Source of the DNA: Saccostrea echinata | Taxonomy: Eukaryota | DNA length: 64,000 nucleotides | Reading direction: 5' to 3' | NCBI RefSeq assembly: GCF_033153115.1 | Contig: NW_026889772.1 | Coordinates: forward strand, 1,054,001 to 1,118,000 | Part shown: positions 52,349 through 64,000 of the stretch, piece by piece | How the letters are laid out: each line of letters opens with the position of its first letter | Numbering within the stretch: the first letter of the stretch is position 1 | Translations under genes and position numbers: made by a program | Notes under the pieces: generated by a model | Database searches by the model: none | Seen by the model: only the letters and a program-made list of their open reading frames with translations | Told to the model about the DNA's origin: nothing

Positions 52349-52700
52349 AATATTTAAGGAATAACTGTCTAATTTTTTGGATTCATGATGTGATCAATCG
52401 AGTGGCTTGCGTGATAATTTGCATAAACGCCGAAGGCATTTATGCATAAAATTATCACGCAAGCCAATCGATTGATCATCGTCATGAATCAAAAAAATCT
52501 GACAGTTATTCCTTATATTTACATGCTCCTGATTCTGCAAATTCCCATGCTAATAGCCCCGCTTCTGTCTCTATTTGTCCCGCCCCGCTTGTGATTTTTT
52601 TTAACCGCGCCTATCGATGACCCAGTAGATTTATGTAGAAATAAAGTATTTTGACAATTTGTAATTTTATCTCGGACAAAGACATTGGAAATGTAAATAT
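52349..52700 (+). mobile_element. Long-hairpin element
   Basis: Hairpin 52355-52515 (about 75-bp arms, GCCGAAGGC near the apex). Tail bounded by TATTTACAT / ATGTAAATA. AATAT at both ends. Confidence 0.65.
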
Positions 52701-55150
52701 ATTACAATATACAGTTCAGAGTGTACAACTAATGAAAATGTCAGAAGAACTTGCTATCTAGGAATTCATTGTCAGTATTTATGTTTCAAACTGAAATCTC
52801 TCAGGTAACTCTCACACTGGGTGGAATAATGTTAAAATTCAGTTGTTATTGTGTTTATAACTTCAAAACTATTTTTTTTTATAACAAGAGATCTACATGT
52901 ATTTACATGAAAGCTTGTGAATACAGACACACAAAATAATTTCTTTTCAATTTCAAAACTCCTTTTTCATGTAAAACGTAATTACTGTTCAATAAAAAAT
53001 CAGCTTACAGTAAATAGGATATTCTTTTTATCAGTAAAGAAAATGTAACTCGGGTTAGCATTCTGGCCTATGGGCCAGTGTTTCAGCTGTTTCACTTTAA
53101 AGAGCTGAACTGTATACAATAGAACTAACCCTCAATGCCTGCAACACCAAAGGCATATAATAAAGTCAATCCAACCGTATTATGAATTCAAATTTCAACA
53201 CTGGTATCTCAAACTCTCGGATTTCTCTCAAAGTCTTTTGACAGCTGACTGTATGTCACTGTGTTAGAAAAAGAATTTTTTTAAAAAAGATCACAGCAAA
53301 CATTCATTCACACAATAATGAAATCTGTTCAACCACTTCAACATGATGAAAAAAAATTCATGAAAAAATGTTTTGGGATGAAGTACTGGCTCTTAGTTGT
53401 GTCACAAAACAAAACAACTCGAGTAAAATTAAACAATCACTAAATCTACATCAAAATCACCTCTGTTTCTGTGAAAATTATCCACGTCTGTCCCCACTAG
53501 ACATTGTACTTAAAGAATTCAATGCATGGACTTATTTGAAGAATATCGAAACAAATAGATGCATTAAAATCAACGAATACAAAAAAGGCAGAGTCAGTAT
53601 ATAAAACACTACTAAATGTACTACAAGCAGGCAATAACTTTCTCCAGAAACCGGGGTGAATGTGTCACCACGTGAGGTAAAAGTTCTAATAGGAATACAC
53701 TAATAATAAAAACAATCCAGGAATCACATCTACAACTTGTCTACCAAGTACATAAGTAATATCATGGACTGGAAAACTACATTAAAGACTGACTAGTAAG
53801 AATAATAGAATGATACAAAATCTATATACTTCTAATGTATGTCAACATAAATGCACCAATTCATAAAACAGACATTCCTCTATTAATCATTTGATTACTG
53901 AAATGTGACACACACTGTAAATACTTCAAGCTAAGTCAAATTCTATATTTATTAATTTATTAGACATATGGGTACCTCCACCATTTTGAGTAATAATGTC
54001 TTCTCCATAGCCTTTTCTTATTAATCTGATCAAATTACAATCATGGCACACTTTAATGTAGAGACTGAACTGAAGGGAAAAAGTATATCTTATATCTTTG
54101 CAAAATGACTTTTTTTTCTTCAGAAGATACAAAACAAGCACTCCCATAAGGAGACTAAAAGTCTGAACATTCTGGCTAAACAAGGTCTCTATTCCTGTAC
54201 GATCAACAGCTGACTAGTGTTAATCCTTGAAGTTAATGACTCTACCGATGTAACAGTACCTAACACATTACACGATGAATTAACAAAACGTACGACTTTC
54301 TGATCAACCCTGGAGAATACTGTGTAGAAACTGAGCATGGATTATAACCTTATTATGCTTCCCAGTGGATTTCATTTCGACACTTACATGTACTGTAATT
54401 GTTAACTAGTGATCTAACTTAAATATTAAAACTAAAACATTAGAACTGACAAAATCTACTCTACATTCAAAATCTGAGTCCCATTGGACCAGGAACCTAA
54501 ATAATCTTCACTCAGCAAAACCAAACTTCATTTTTTTTTTAAAAAGTCACCTGATGTCGTTACTGAACAATTTGTCACCAGAACAGTCAATCTCATTGAT
54601 CTTCAAGCTTCAACAATAACATTTCCTTATCTTTCCTTATAAAATAAACAAAAACAAACAAACAAATAAACCAACAAACCTAACATATGCTCATATTATA
54701 CACATACAATGTACACTACCTGTAATTAAGTTTCCCATGTCATTTTACTGCTTACAACAAACATCCATAAAAATTAAAATGCTCAAAAATAATGCCACAA
54801 AAAATAAAATAAAAAACAAAATATGATTTAAAAAAAAAACCCACACAAGTTAAACAGCAATGAAAAGATATTGGTTTCAGCATCTAAAATTCTTACTACA
54901 TTCTGACACCATGACACTGGGTTTTCTTAAAGAAGAAAAATCTTACTAAAAAAAAAACACGGGGAAAACAATGTGGTTGATGAGGTTTTGAATGGATGTG
55001 GTATTGGCAGTTTTGAGTCATTCCTCCTCAGAGAAACGAAGCAGTACACATCATGTGTGGTGAAAAGTTGTACACATTATAAACACATTATAATCATGTA
55101 TCAAGACAATGGATTTATGGAGGGTATCATGGATGAAGATAAACTGTGTG

Positions 55151-58100
55151 TCAGGACAACCTCTCTACAAAATGCAGAGGAAGATGTGAGGAGAGAAATG
55201 AAGTCCTATTCAGACTGTCCGAGTCCAGACACGACACAATCTTCTCCCAGCAGATTTCCTGAAGACTCGGCGTAGTCAGCCAGATCCTCTGTAAACAATT
55301 GGTTCGGACTTTGTCTATTTTGGACACACCCCCAAACACATACATACAGCCCTCCTGAAAAGTTCAGTTTTAAAATATAAGCATTAAAGATTAACATAAA
55401 GCTACAGGTATTTTCTATCTTCAATATGGATCATTTACAAACTTCATTTACAGGTATAAAATATCACAATCATAAAAGTGGACAAACACCTCTTAGTATC
55501 AACATAGATAGTCAAGGTCTTTCATTATTTTATTTTGGAAACCTTAAACATGTATACACCACAAGATATATCTGTCTCATGTAAAAACAATGTATTTTTA
55601 TTAGAGATGTCAACGAGTACCCGGTTAACCGGGTACTTGATCGAACGTCCGAGTATCGAATACAAAAAATGTACTCGGTTACTCGGAAGTGTATTTTTTC
55701 TTATTTCAAAGTACATATTTTTATCAAAAACTTAATATCAAAAAATAACTTAAATATGCATACGGTAGTTAGGGTGTCATCATCTACACCTGTGAAACAC
55801 CCGTTATAGCCTGTGGCTGTGTATATGCAGTAGTGACAATCACCTGGTACACAACTGTTCTCACCTATTGTGGTCCTTAATTTTTGGATGACTTTAATGA
55901 ATGGTCTTCAAATCATTTTTAAATTATTTAATTAATATACGGTAGCGAAATCGGACATGCATAGAAATGTCGCTACCCACTTCAAAATTGAAGAAGTATT
56001 TAGAAATAACTAAAGATTAAAAAAAATGTTGAAAGTCAGTTTCCGTAGTAAGTTTAGTGTATATGGGGGAAACAACCAACATATGGAATAATATTAGACT
56101 AGCGATCCCAACAACGTCCGTTCCTTCTATTTCGCTAGTCTAATCACCACAAACCTGTGCAACAGATTGTCCTCCTTTTGCGTTGATGAAATAGATCCTA
56201 AACAAGAACTGTAAACCATTTGTAATTTTTGATGTATTAATTCTTTTGTGTCTATTCTATAAATTAATTTAGTACCATAAAACCATTTCCCTTGGATTCG
56301 ATTGTTTATATACATTTATAAACGTGATAAAATCAACTTTGGGGTTTAACAGAGCTTAATATGGGGTTCAAGAAAATTAACACACTTGCATTTTTATTTC
56401 TACCGAGTACCCGGGTACTCGATCGGAAAAACATCCGAGTAACCGATTATCAAAAATTGACCGATTTGACATCCCTAATTTTTAGCCATTTTTAAAGGGG
56501 CCTGGACACAGTTGCATTGCCATTTTGTTTACAATTTTAAATTTCTACTTTTTATTTCAAACATTAACCAAATTGAACTTACACAAAACCTCTTAAAATT
56601 CAATGACAATGACATTCTTCATAACATTACATGAACACCTTTGTCTGTCAACAAGACACAGACTCTGTCATTGTTAATGTTTACATTTAACCAGGTGTGT
56701 TCAATTTGTTTACTCTGCACACATCACTGAGCACGGACTGACAATACTGATGAGATGGTTTTGCTTTCTCACATATCTACTCTGAATTTTCTGGATTATA
56801 ATTTTAACATTTTTGATTAATACACAACAAATTTTCTTAAACATTAAGAATAAAATTTACTTGTGAAAGTGCAAGGAGATGTGTCATTTAAATGCATCCC
56901 AAAATTTTAAAATAATTTTAGATAGTTTTAAATAGTTTTAAGATAAAAGAAGTTTCTAAACACACTTTTAAAATATTTCAGTGTGAAATGCTCTAGCAAC
57001 ATAAAAGGCATAATACGAGACTGAAAATTTTAGAAAATATTAACTTTAAATCTGTGTCCAAGCCCCTTTAAGATAACAGAACATTATCTTTTGAGTAAAA
57101 AAGCAAACACCTTAGAAGTTCTTTTATCATATAATTTATCATATTGTAATATTTAAGGTTGTCTGTCCCTCAGGTTCTCTGAATCAGCAGTAAGTTGCTT
57201 AAGGAATTCACTTTAAGTTTAAATTCACCAAATAAAGTGCATATACTCCTATGTTTATGTTCAATCAGTAATTGTCTGTCTTTATAAGTACACATGTACC
57301 TGTTTTCATGGAGGAAGCAGTCGAGGTCAGATTTTAGGAACACTGCTTTCATAGTTCAGTGTAAAGAAATGAACATTAAAAAATATTTAAAAATCTTTTC
57401 GTCAGTGATTACACAAGAAACACAGTGTAGTGGATCTTCATTTTTATGATGATAATGTACACAAATTCTTACAGTTGCTTAAATTTACAAAAACTTACAC
57501 ACTGTAAATGGAACCCCTAAACTCAAATGGACCTATACATCGTGAATCAAACTTTCTCTAAATGAGTCCATACATAATAAATGGACCACTATATATGATT
57601 TACAGTTCTGTGAGTGTACTTACATGTAAATGAATCTCTGCATTGTAAGTGTACAAGTAACTTTATACAGAACAGTTTTATAAATGAGGCATTGTTACCA
57701 TGTTACCTGAGTAATGTCAGCTGAGTGGAAGTACACAGGAACTTGTAGAGATGAGGGTAACTTTGTCCATGTGTACGTCTGTAGGGAGAACTTCCAAATG
57801 TCTCCAAATATTGTATGTGTGTCAAATCCACCACATATGTACACGTCTAGCAAAATAAAAACCAGTGTTACAAGATATCATTTTTAGAGTTTCATTGGGA
57901 TATGACATGAAGTTGGTCATGTGATCAAATCCTGTAACGCCCAATTTAGATTTGATCACATACCAACTCCATGTCATATCCCAATGAAACTCTAAAAATG
58001 ATATTTTATTTCTTACATTTATTTTCTAGACTCTGTTATGGAAATGCAACTAATATACATGTATGGTGTCATGTGACGTCACAGTCTAGACATTCCAAAT

Positions 58101-61100
58101 GTCTTGTGCAGTCTGCTTTTTGTATGCAAGAAAGTCTGATTGTGTGACCAACTTCATGTCGTCAAAAATTGAATGTCAATTTTGTTAGTATCACTTAAGG
58201 AAAAACACCGGCAAATGTAAATATATCTGAATAAATATTGTCTGTTTGTCAAATCCACCACAGATGTACACATCTAGTAAAATAAAATCAAGATGTAACA
58301 TCTAAAGAAATACTGTGTCCTATATTAAACACATTAAATACAATAAAACAGAATCTAGAAATGCATTTGAATATATATTTTGTGACTGTCCAATTCTTGG
58401 GAGAATTAATTTTGCAATTATGTCAAAGTTGCAAAAAATATAACAGTAAAAGGTAGACGGACACTTCGGCCCAACGACACCTCGGCCCGTCACGTTTGAC
58501 ACCTAGGCCCTGACAGGTCGGCCCAAAATTACTGACACCTCGGCCCATACTGAAGACACCTCGGCCCAAGGATTTTTTATTTATTTTCAGAATTATTATC
58601 TGTATTCACTATGGTAGTATAAATGTATGTATGTATAATGACGATATGTAAATAGGAGTTGATAATTTCAGAATTTTTGAACGAATGACAGCATAGATAT
58701 CAGTGAGTATCTATTGAGTGGGAGGTAAGAGGTCTACTTATTTATTCATTTTGTTGCTTATTACAATGCAACTTTATTCATTTCATGATGTTAAGAATTC
58801 TTTTTTTTTGGTTAGGATATGTTAAAAATTGCATATAATCTAACATTTATTTTCACTTAAAAATTTTCTGAGGGTCTTTAAAAAAACTAACTGGTTTTCA
58901 ATTTTTTTTTTTATATTTCATTAAACTAATCCCTATACATGCATTTATAAATTTAAAATATGATTAAAAAAATTTAAAACGAAATCTGTATTAGTTGTTG
59001 ACAAATGTATTTCTATCAAAAATATCAAGCACCCAATGATGGACCTAAGTTCACTTGATTGACGGGGGTACACAGACCAGATAAATCTGAAGGCAGTGCT
59101 TATCTGGAGCTTTAATCCTGCTCGTAATTAACTCCTCATTGTCACCACCCCATATGACTCTAAAGGATGCGCCGCGTCTTCTTGTTTGTTTAATGATTAG
59201 CACTTTGAAATGGATTATCTTTTTTTAATTACCGTCAATTTACTCTCGGAAGATCATTCATTTTCTTTCTCGCTTCATGGGTATATAACAATATAATCCG
59301 TCGCATAATCCTTGTATAGTCCCTATCATAATAAAATACTTCAGAATATATTGAATAAATATATTCAAAATTATACATTTTTGTTTGTGTCGAGGTGTCT
59401 TTTATGTGAGCCGAGATGTCTAAAATCTTGGGCCGAGCCGTCGGGGCCGAGGTGTCAATGGGCCGAGATGTCGTTGGGCCGAGGTGTCGTTGGGCCGAGA
59501 TGTCTGACATTCCAGTAAAATATTCCAATTCACAGCTATATAAAATGTTTAATAGGTTTTATGGATCAAAAGAAATTACAAATAATCGTAAACATAAACC
59601 AGAAGTCTCTGACGAGACTGTAGCTCTACTGGTTGTACTTATAAAGGAAGATAAAAGTAGCACTTGGACTTGATGCAACAGCAGTAAATAGAAAAATGAT
59701 CCTTGGTGTAGTCTCTTTTTGTGACAAGATTTATTGCAATCTAAAACTGTATGTAACACAGTCATCTACATCATTATATAATATTACACAATCTATTTTG
59801 ATTAAGAAAATATAAAAATATAAATGATTTCTATATAAATGATTTCTTATTTAGCAATTATTAATTCTACATTGCTTAAAGTGATCTATGTTATGAGAGA
59901 AATCTAAGCACATAAGAACTAGAACACAACCTTGGTCAGTGACCTTGTTTACTCGTAAACATTTTGTTTATTATTGATGGTCAGTTAGAGCGGACCAACC
60001 GTAAACCTTGTTTCAACGCAGTAATTTATATTACAGATCACTTATTTCTATTTTTGTGTATTTATGGGTATTTGTTAGACTTTCAGTCTCCTAGATATGG
60101 TAGATCAGAGCAGTTATCAAGTGCAAGCTGGTCATCTCTATTAATTATTGCTGGTCACTCCAAATAAATATCCTGAGACTAGTACATCTGGTGGTCACTT
60201 CGACAGTTTATGGTCACCGAGGAAACCTAAGTAGGACAAAAGGCGGGACCACTGGAGTCCATTGAGGTCAACCGGACATACTGTGATGGAGCGTCCTTGG
60301 ATACGAGATTAACGTGGGCAATACGAGACTTGGTCATCACCAATAGGACAAGGTCTTTCTAAGGCATTGGAGTTTGATGTCAGTAGTATAAATGTTACCG
60401 CACAGTGAATTTTGTGTGTTCCCCCGACGCTCTCCGTATAAACAACTACCAAGAACTTTTCTGTCTGTGAGGGAAACCCAACTTACGTCTCCACAGGATT
60501 ACTGGACTTTATTAAATATTTGATTGGCTTGGACGTTTGCTAACTCTATTTTACTCTATGAACATTTTAAAGTGAAATGCATTTGTTTGATGTTAAAGAA
60601 CTTTGATCAGATTATTTTTTTTATTTGTTAAATTGCGCGAATCTTTTTCACAAGTTTAATTCAAGAACTTTTTGACAATTTAAGATCTTATTGATATTTT
60701 AAAACACAACGCAAAGTACTCTTTTATTGTTGTTTCACTACACGGTAATAAATTCAATTATACCTGTTGATAACTCTTGTGATTATTATGTCATAATTGC
60801 AATTGTCTTACATGTAGGAGGAGTAGCCTTTTAAAACAATTTTACAGAAATTTCAATTTAAGTAACCATAGCAACATCGTTCAACAAAATCAAAAAACAA
60901 TATAAGACAATTATGTATCTAAGTGTAGTCTACTTGTATGCCACATTATACTGAAATCAGACAAAAAGTGTAGGAGGAGTAGTGTTTGAAAATATTTAAG
61001 AAACTTCTATTTTTAGTAACCATGGCAACACCGTTCATCAAAATCAAAAACTGATATAGAGAATTATGTATCTTAGTGTAGTCTACTTGTGTGCCAAGTT

Positions 61101-63989
61101 ACATTGAAATCAGACCAAAACTGTAGGAGGAGTAGCGTTTTGAAAAATTGTTTACAGATGAACAGACAGCTAGACAGTTAGACGGACAGACAACGGACAC
61201 CTTACTATCGCATAAGCTCTTCTGGTCTCTGACCGGTAGAGCTAAAAATCTGAATTATCAAATCACAAAAAATTTCCAACTAAAGAAAATTCACTTTTTT
61301 ACGTCATTAAAAACAAATCTAATTTCTTTTGATGAATGGTTAGTTCTTACCTTGTTTGAATTTTACACAACTGTGACATTTCCTAAGAGGAGGAAAACCT
61401 GTGAGGAAAATTAAAATAAACATTTCTTATTGTAAATCTATATATTGTCAACAAATTCTACTTTCAATGCCACCCCTATCAAATTTCTATAAACATCATT
61501 GTTATTTTGTGAAAATTCCAATATTAGTATAACTACAGACCAGTGATAATTTATCTCAAAGTACAAATGTTTTAAACAGATTTTTCCAAATGTAACAAAA
61601 CTGAACTCGAATAAAGAAGAAACAATATACATTTCTTTGAATATAAGATAATTACATACTTTTTTTGGCAAACTTGGAAGAATTACATGTATAAGATTAC
61701 CATGTTTGGGATCTGGAATGGACTTGATGTTCTCCCATTTACAGGTTGGAATGTGGAACGCTGGAACCTACAGTAAAACAGACAGAAGGTTACTGGAACC
61801 TACGGAAAAAACAGACATAAGATAACAAGGATGATGCCTTCACAGATATACATGTACAGGGACATCTGGTACTGAGGAGGGTGCTGCAACTGTGACCATT
61901 AGAGTGAATTTTCAGCTTTTCCAATTTCACTTTCTTATTTATTCAAATCCAAAAATGGACAAATCATTCTTTCAAATTTAAATCCAAAAGTGGTCGTATT
62001 CAAATCTAAAAGTGGACAGATCATTTGAAATCTTATGCATTCAAATCCAAAAGTGGACAAATTATTCTTACGTATTCAAATCCAAAAGTGGATGAGGCTG
62101 TTCCACCACCAAACACATACAGACGATTGTCATGGCTAGCCACCTCATGTCGATACCTGAAATAAAACACAAGTAGGTCCCCTTTAAACTTCCTTAAAAA
62201 TTCATTTATCACTTATTTAAAACAATTTCATGGTCTCTAATTGGCAAAATTCAGTTTTGTTTTAAATGGCAGTGAATAAGTTACCATATTCAAATTTTAC
62301 CAATAATAGTGTCTGAAAGTTTTTATTTTCTGTACAGTTACCTGCTCTCTGGAACAAAGTCTGACTGGGCAGGTAACTCCTCCCAGGTCAGTGACTGAAG
62401 GTCAAGTCTGTGAATGTGAAGGTCATACGTGTACCCTGACGTCCCACCACACACGTACATGTGCTTGCCGATCTTTGTCAGTGTCTGTTGATTGAATATG
62501 AGAGATTTAACATTTATACTGTACATTTGCTTGCTGATCTTTGAGCATGTTGAGAGAGTCTGTTGATTGAATATGAGATATTTAACATTATACTGTACGT
62601 TTATAAATGTGCGCATGTAATTTACTGTTTTCACTGTAGTACATGTATATAACACTGAAGTAAACACTGTAAGGAACTTATCTTTGAAAATGAATAAATA
62701 ATGTCAGGAAAAGAGGTATAAAATCTGAGAATTCAAAACATATTTTATAAGCATCATTTATTTTTTTAAATTAATCTGATTGAGTAGTCAGGCATTCCTT
62801 GTTGATTTTCTATTTGCCAACATGACATTACACAGCATAAGAATACAAAGTGTGGGATAGGAAATTGACAAAGAAATTTATCCGGTGATGCATATCCACT
62901 GTATAAAGGAGTGAAGACTATTAACCAATCTTCACCTGATATAAAATATACATGTAGATTTCTGACATCTGAGTGACACATGGACATTCTGAAGATTTTA
63001 AAGTGATAAACATTAAACTACAGTCTCCACAATATATCTAGATAATTGCCTTATATTCACATGACCATTATTTTTCTGTGTGATACTCACATGACCATTA
63101 TTTTTCTTTTTGATACTCACATGACCATATTTTCTGTGTGATACTCACATGACCATATTTTTCTGTGTGATACTCACATGACTGTATTTTTTCTGTGTGA
63201 TACTCACATGACCGTATTTTTTCTGTGTGATACTCACATGGCCATACTTTTTCTGTGTGATACTCATATGACTGTATTTTTTCTGTGCGATACTCACATA
63301 ACAAATTTTTCTGTGTGATACTCACATGACCGTATTTTTTCTGTGTGATACTCACATAACCATACTTTTTCTGTGCGATACTAACAAGACCGTATTTTTT
63401 CTGTGTGTTACTCACATGACTGTATTTTTTCTGTGTGATACTCACATGACTATTTTTTTCTGTGTGATATACTCACATGACCGTATTTTTTCTGTGGAGA
63501 TTCTCCTGCACACTTCATATGTCTCCACTTCAGTGTGTCCAGGTTACAAATGTTCAGCTGATTACTGCTGTTAGAACCAAAAGGAACCCCGGTCCCTCCA
63601 AAACACAAAAGGTTCCTCCCAGACCTCAGGACTGAAGTGAAAAAAAAACCTCATTCATCACACTGTCAGATATATTAAGTGTTTATACTTCAGATGTACA
63701 AGGAAACCTGTAAAAGAAACAGCTGTTGCCTCTGAATAACAGCGACATTTGTATAAACGATATTGAAGGACAGACCCAAAAAGAACAAGGAAATCACACG
63801 AGCTCAAAATTTCTTTTACAACAGTTTACATGTAATTGGCATGTTGATGACAATGCCTTAGGAAAAGTAAAAGAAAAACCTTCATATTTAAACATAATAC
63901 CTACCTGCATGTGATGCCAGCTCTATCGGCATGTTACCATCAGTTTCTAGTTTTGTCCATTCCCGTCTTGCAAAGTTAAACTTCCATAA
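55151..63989 (-). CDS. KLHDC10: Kelch domain-containing protein 10 orthologue; 5' part lies outside the window
   Basis: Phase-consistent minus-strand exons: 63989-63905, 63631-63477, 62484-62342, 62156-62072, 61767-61701, 61398-61351, 57846-57707, 55354-55151. Peptides MPIELASH, FGGTGVPFG, YVCGGTSGY, RYRHEVA..YVFGGGT, GFPPLRKCHSCV, VYICGGFD, PVYFHSA and GCMYVFGGV..IWLTTPSLQEICWEK match my recollection of KLHDC10 (kelch repeats plus C-terminal BC-box-like PSLxELxW). Confidence 0.9.
55602..56477. mobile_element. hAT-type MITE in a KLHDC10 intron
   Basis: TIRs TAGAGATGTCAA and TTGACATCCCTA. 8-bp TSD ATTTTTAT / ATTTTTAG. Subterminal GAGTACCCGG/GAGTA repeats. Confidence 0.85.
56496..57067. mobile_element. 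Kolobok-type MITE in a KLHDC10 intron
   Basis: TIRs AGGGGCCTGGACACAG and CTGTGTCCAAGCCCCT, with TTAA TSDs. Confidence 0.85.
57875..58227 (+). mobile_element. Long-hairpin element
   Basis: Hairpin 57875-58004 (about 55-bp arms). Tail bounded by TTACATTT / AAATGTAA. ATATC at both ends. Confidence 0.65.
58452..59513. mobile_element. Foldback MITE with subterminal GACACCTCGGCCC repeats (superfamily uncertain)
   Basis: About 6 direct copies at the left end and inverted GGGCCGAGGTGTC copies at the right end. (C)AGTAAAA on both flanks. Confidence 0.8.
60813..61245 (-). mobile_element. HINE 5' end with about 157-bp tandem monomers
   Basis: TGTAGGAGGAGTAG recurs at 60813, 60969 and 61122. (GACA/GACG) microsatellite and the reverse terminus TTTTTAGCTCTACCGGTCAGAGACCAGAAGAGC. 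Confidence 0.75.
63057..63496 (-). repeat. 30-bp minisatellite (about 14 copies) built from a KLHDC10 exon end plus splice donor
   Basis: Minus-strand unit CACAGAAAAAATACGGTCAT|GTGAGTATCA. The first copy is the real exon/intron junction at 63477/63476. Confidence 0.95.
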
Positions 63990-64000
63990 CTGTCGTATGA

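Noticed and set aside
59889-60812. Possible solo LTR (TGT..ACA, TATAAA near 60387, AATAAA near 60747)
   Set aside because: No matching TSD or convincing terminal inverted repeat was found, so I cannot support it without a library search.
63057-63496. CRISPR-like array or repeat protein ORF (63098-63445)
   Set aside because: No unique spacers, eukaryotic context, and the unit derives from the exon/donor junction.

Overview
AT-rich eukaryotic DNA with spliceosomal introns. The repeat content (HINE/Helentron elements with satellite monomers, Penelope 3' ends, a tRNA-SINE with an (AAAC)n tail) points to a bivalve, most likely an oyster (inference). Host genes: (1) a complete 17-coding-exon, 1200-aa type I membrane mucin/VWD/EGF (VWDE-like) gene at 1107-10846 (+); (2) a single-coding-exon, membrane-anchored FkbM/Methyltransf_21-family methyltransferase at 30587-31537 (+); (3) a RING-less B-box/coiled-coil/NHL (TRIM-NHL-like) gene with one in-frame stop at 46551-48206 (+); (4) the 3' eight coding exons of a KLHDC10 orthologue at 55151->63989 (-). 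The rest is mostly nested transposons: a degenerate Ngaro-type tyrosine-recombinase (YR) retrotransposon, Penelope fragments, three LINE remnants, HINEs, Mariner/Kolobok/hAT MITEs and five long-hairpin elements. Most notable: (a) about ten splice junctions in two unrelated genes have tandem 'echo' copies in the adjacent intron, including a 14-copy minisatellite made of the splice donor and acceptor copies separated by telomeric TTAGGG repeats; (b) a predicted intron whose donor overlaps the YR stop codon and fuses the recombinase in frame to an SGNH hydrolase; (c) an intact duplicate terminal exon of the VWDE-like gene; (d) a candidate for the unidentified molluscan glycan O-methyltransferase. 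All calls come from manual reading; no database searches were run.
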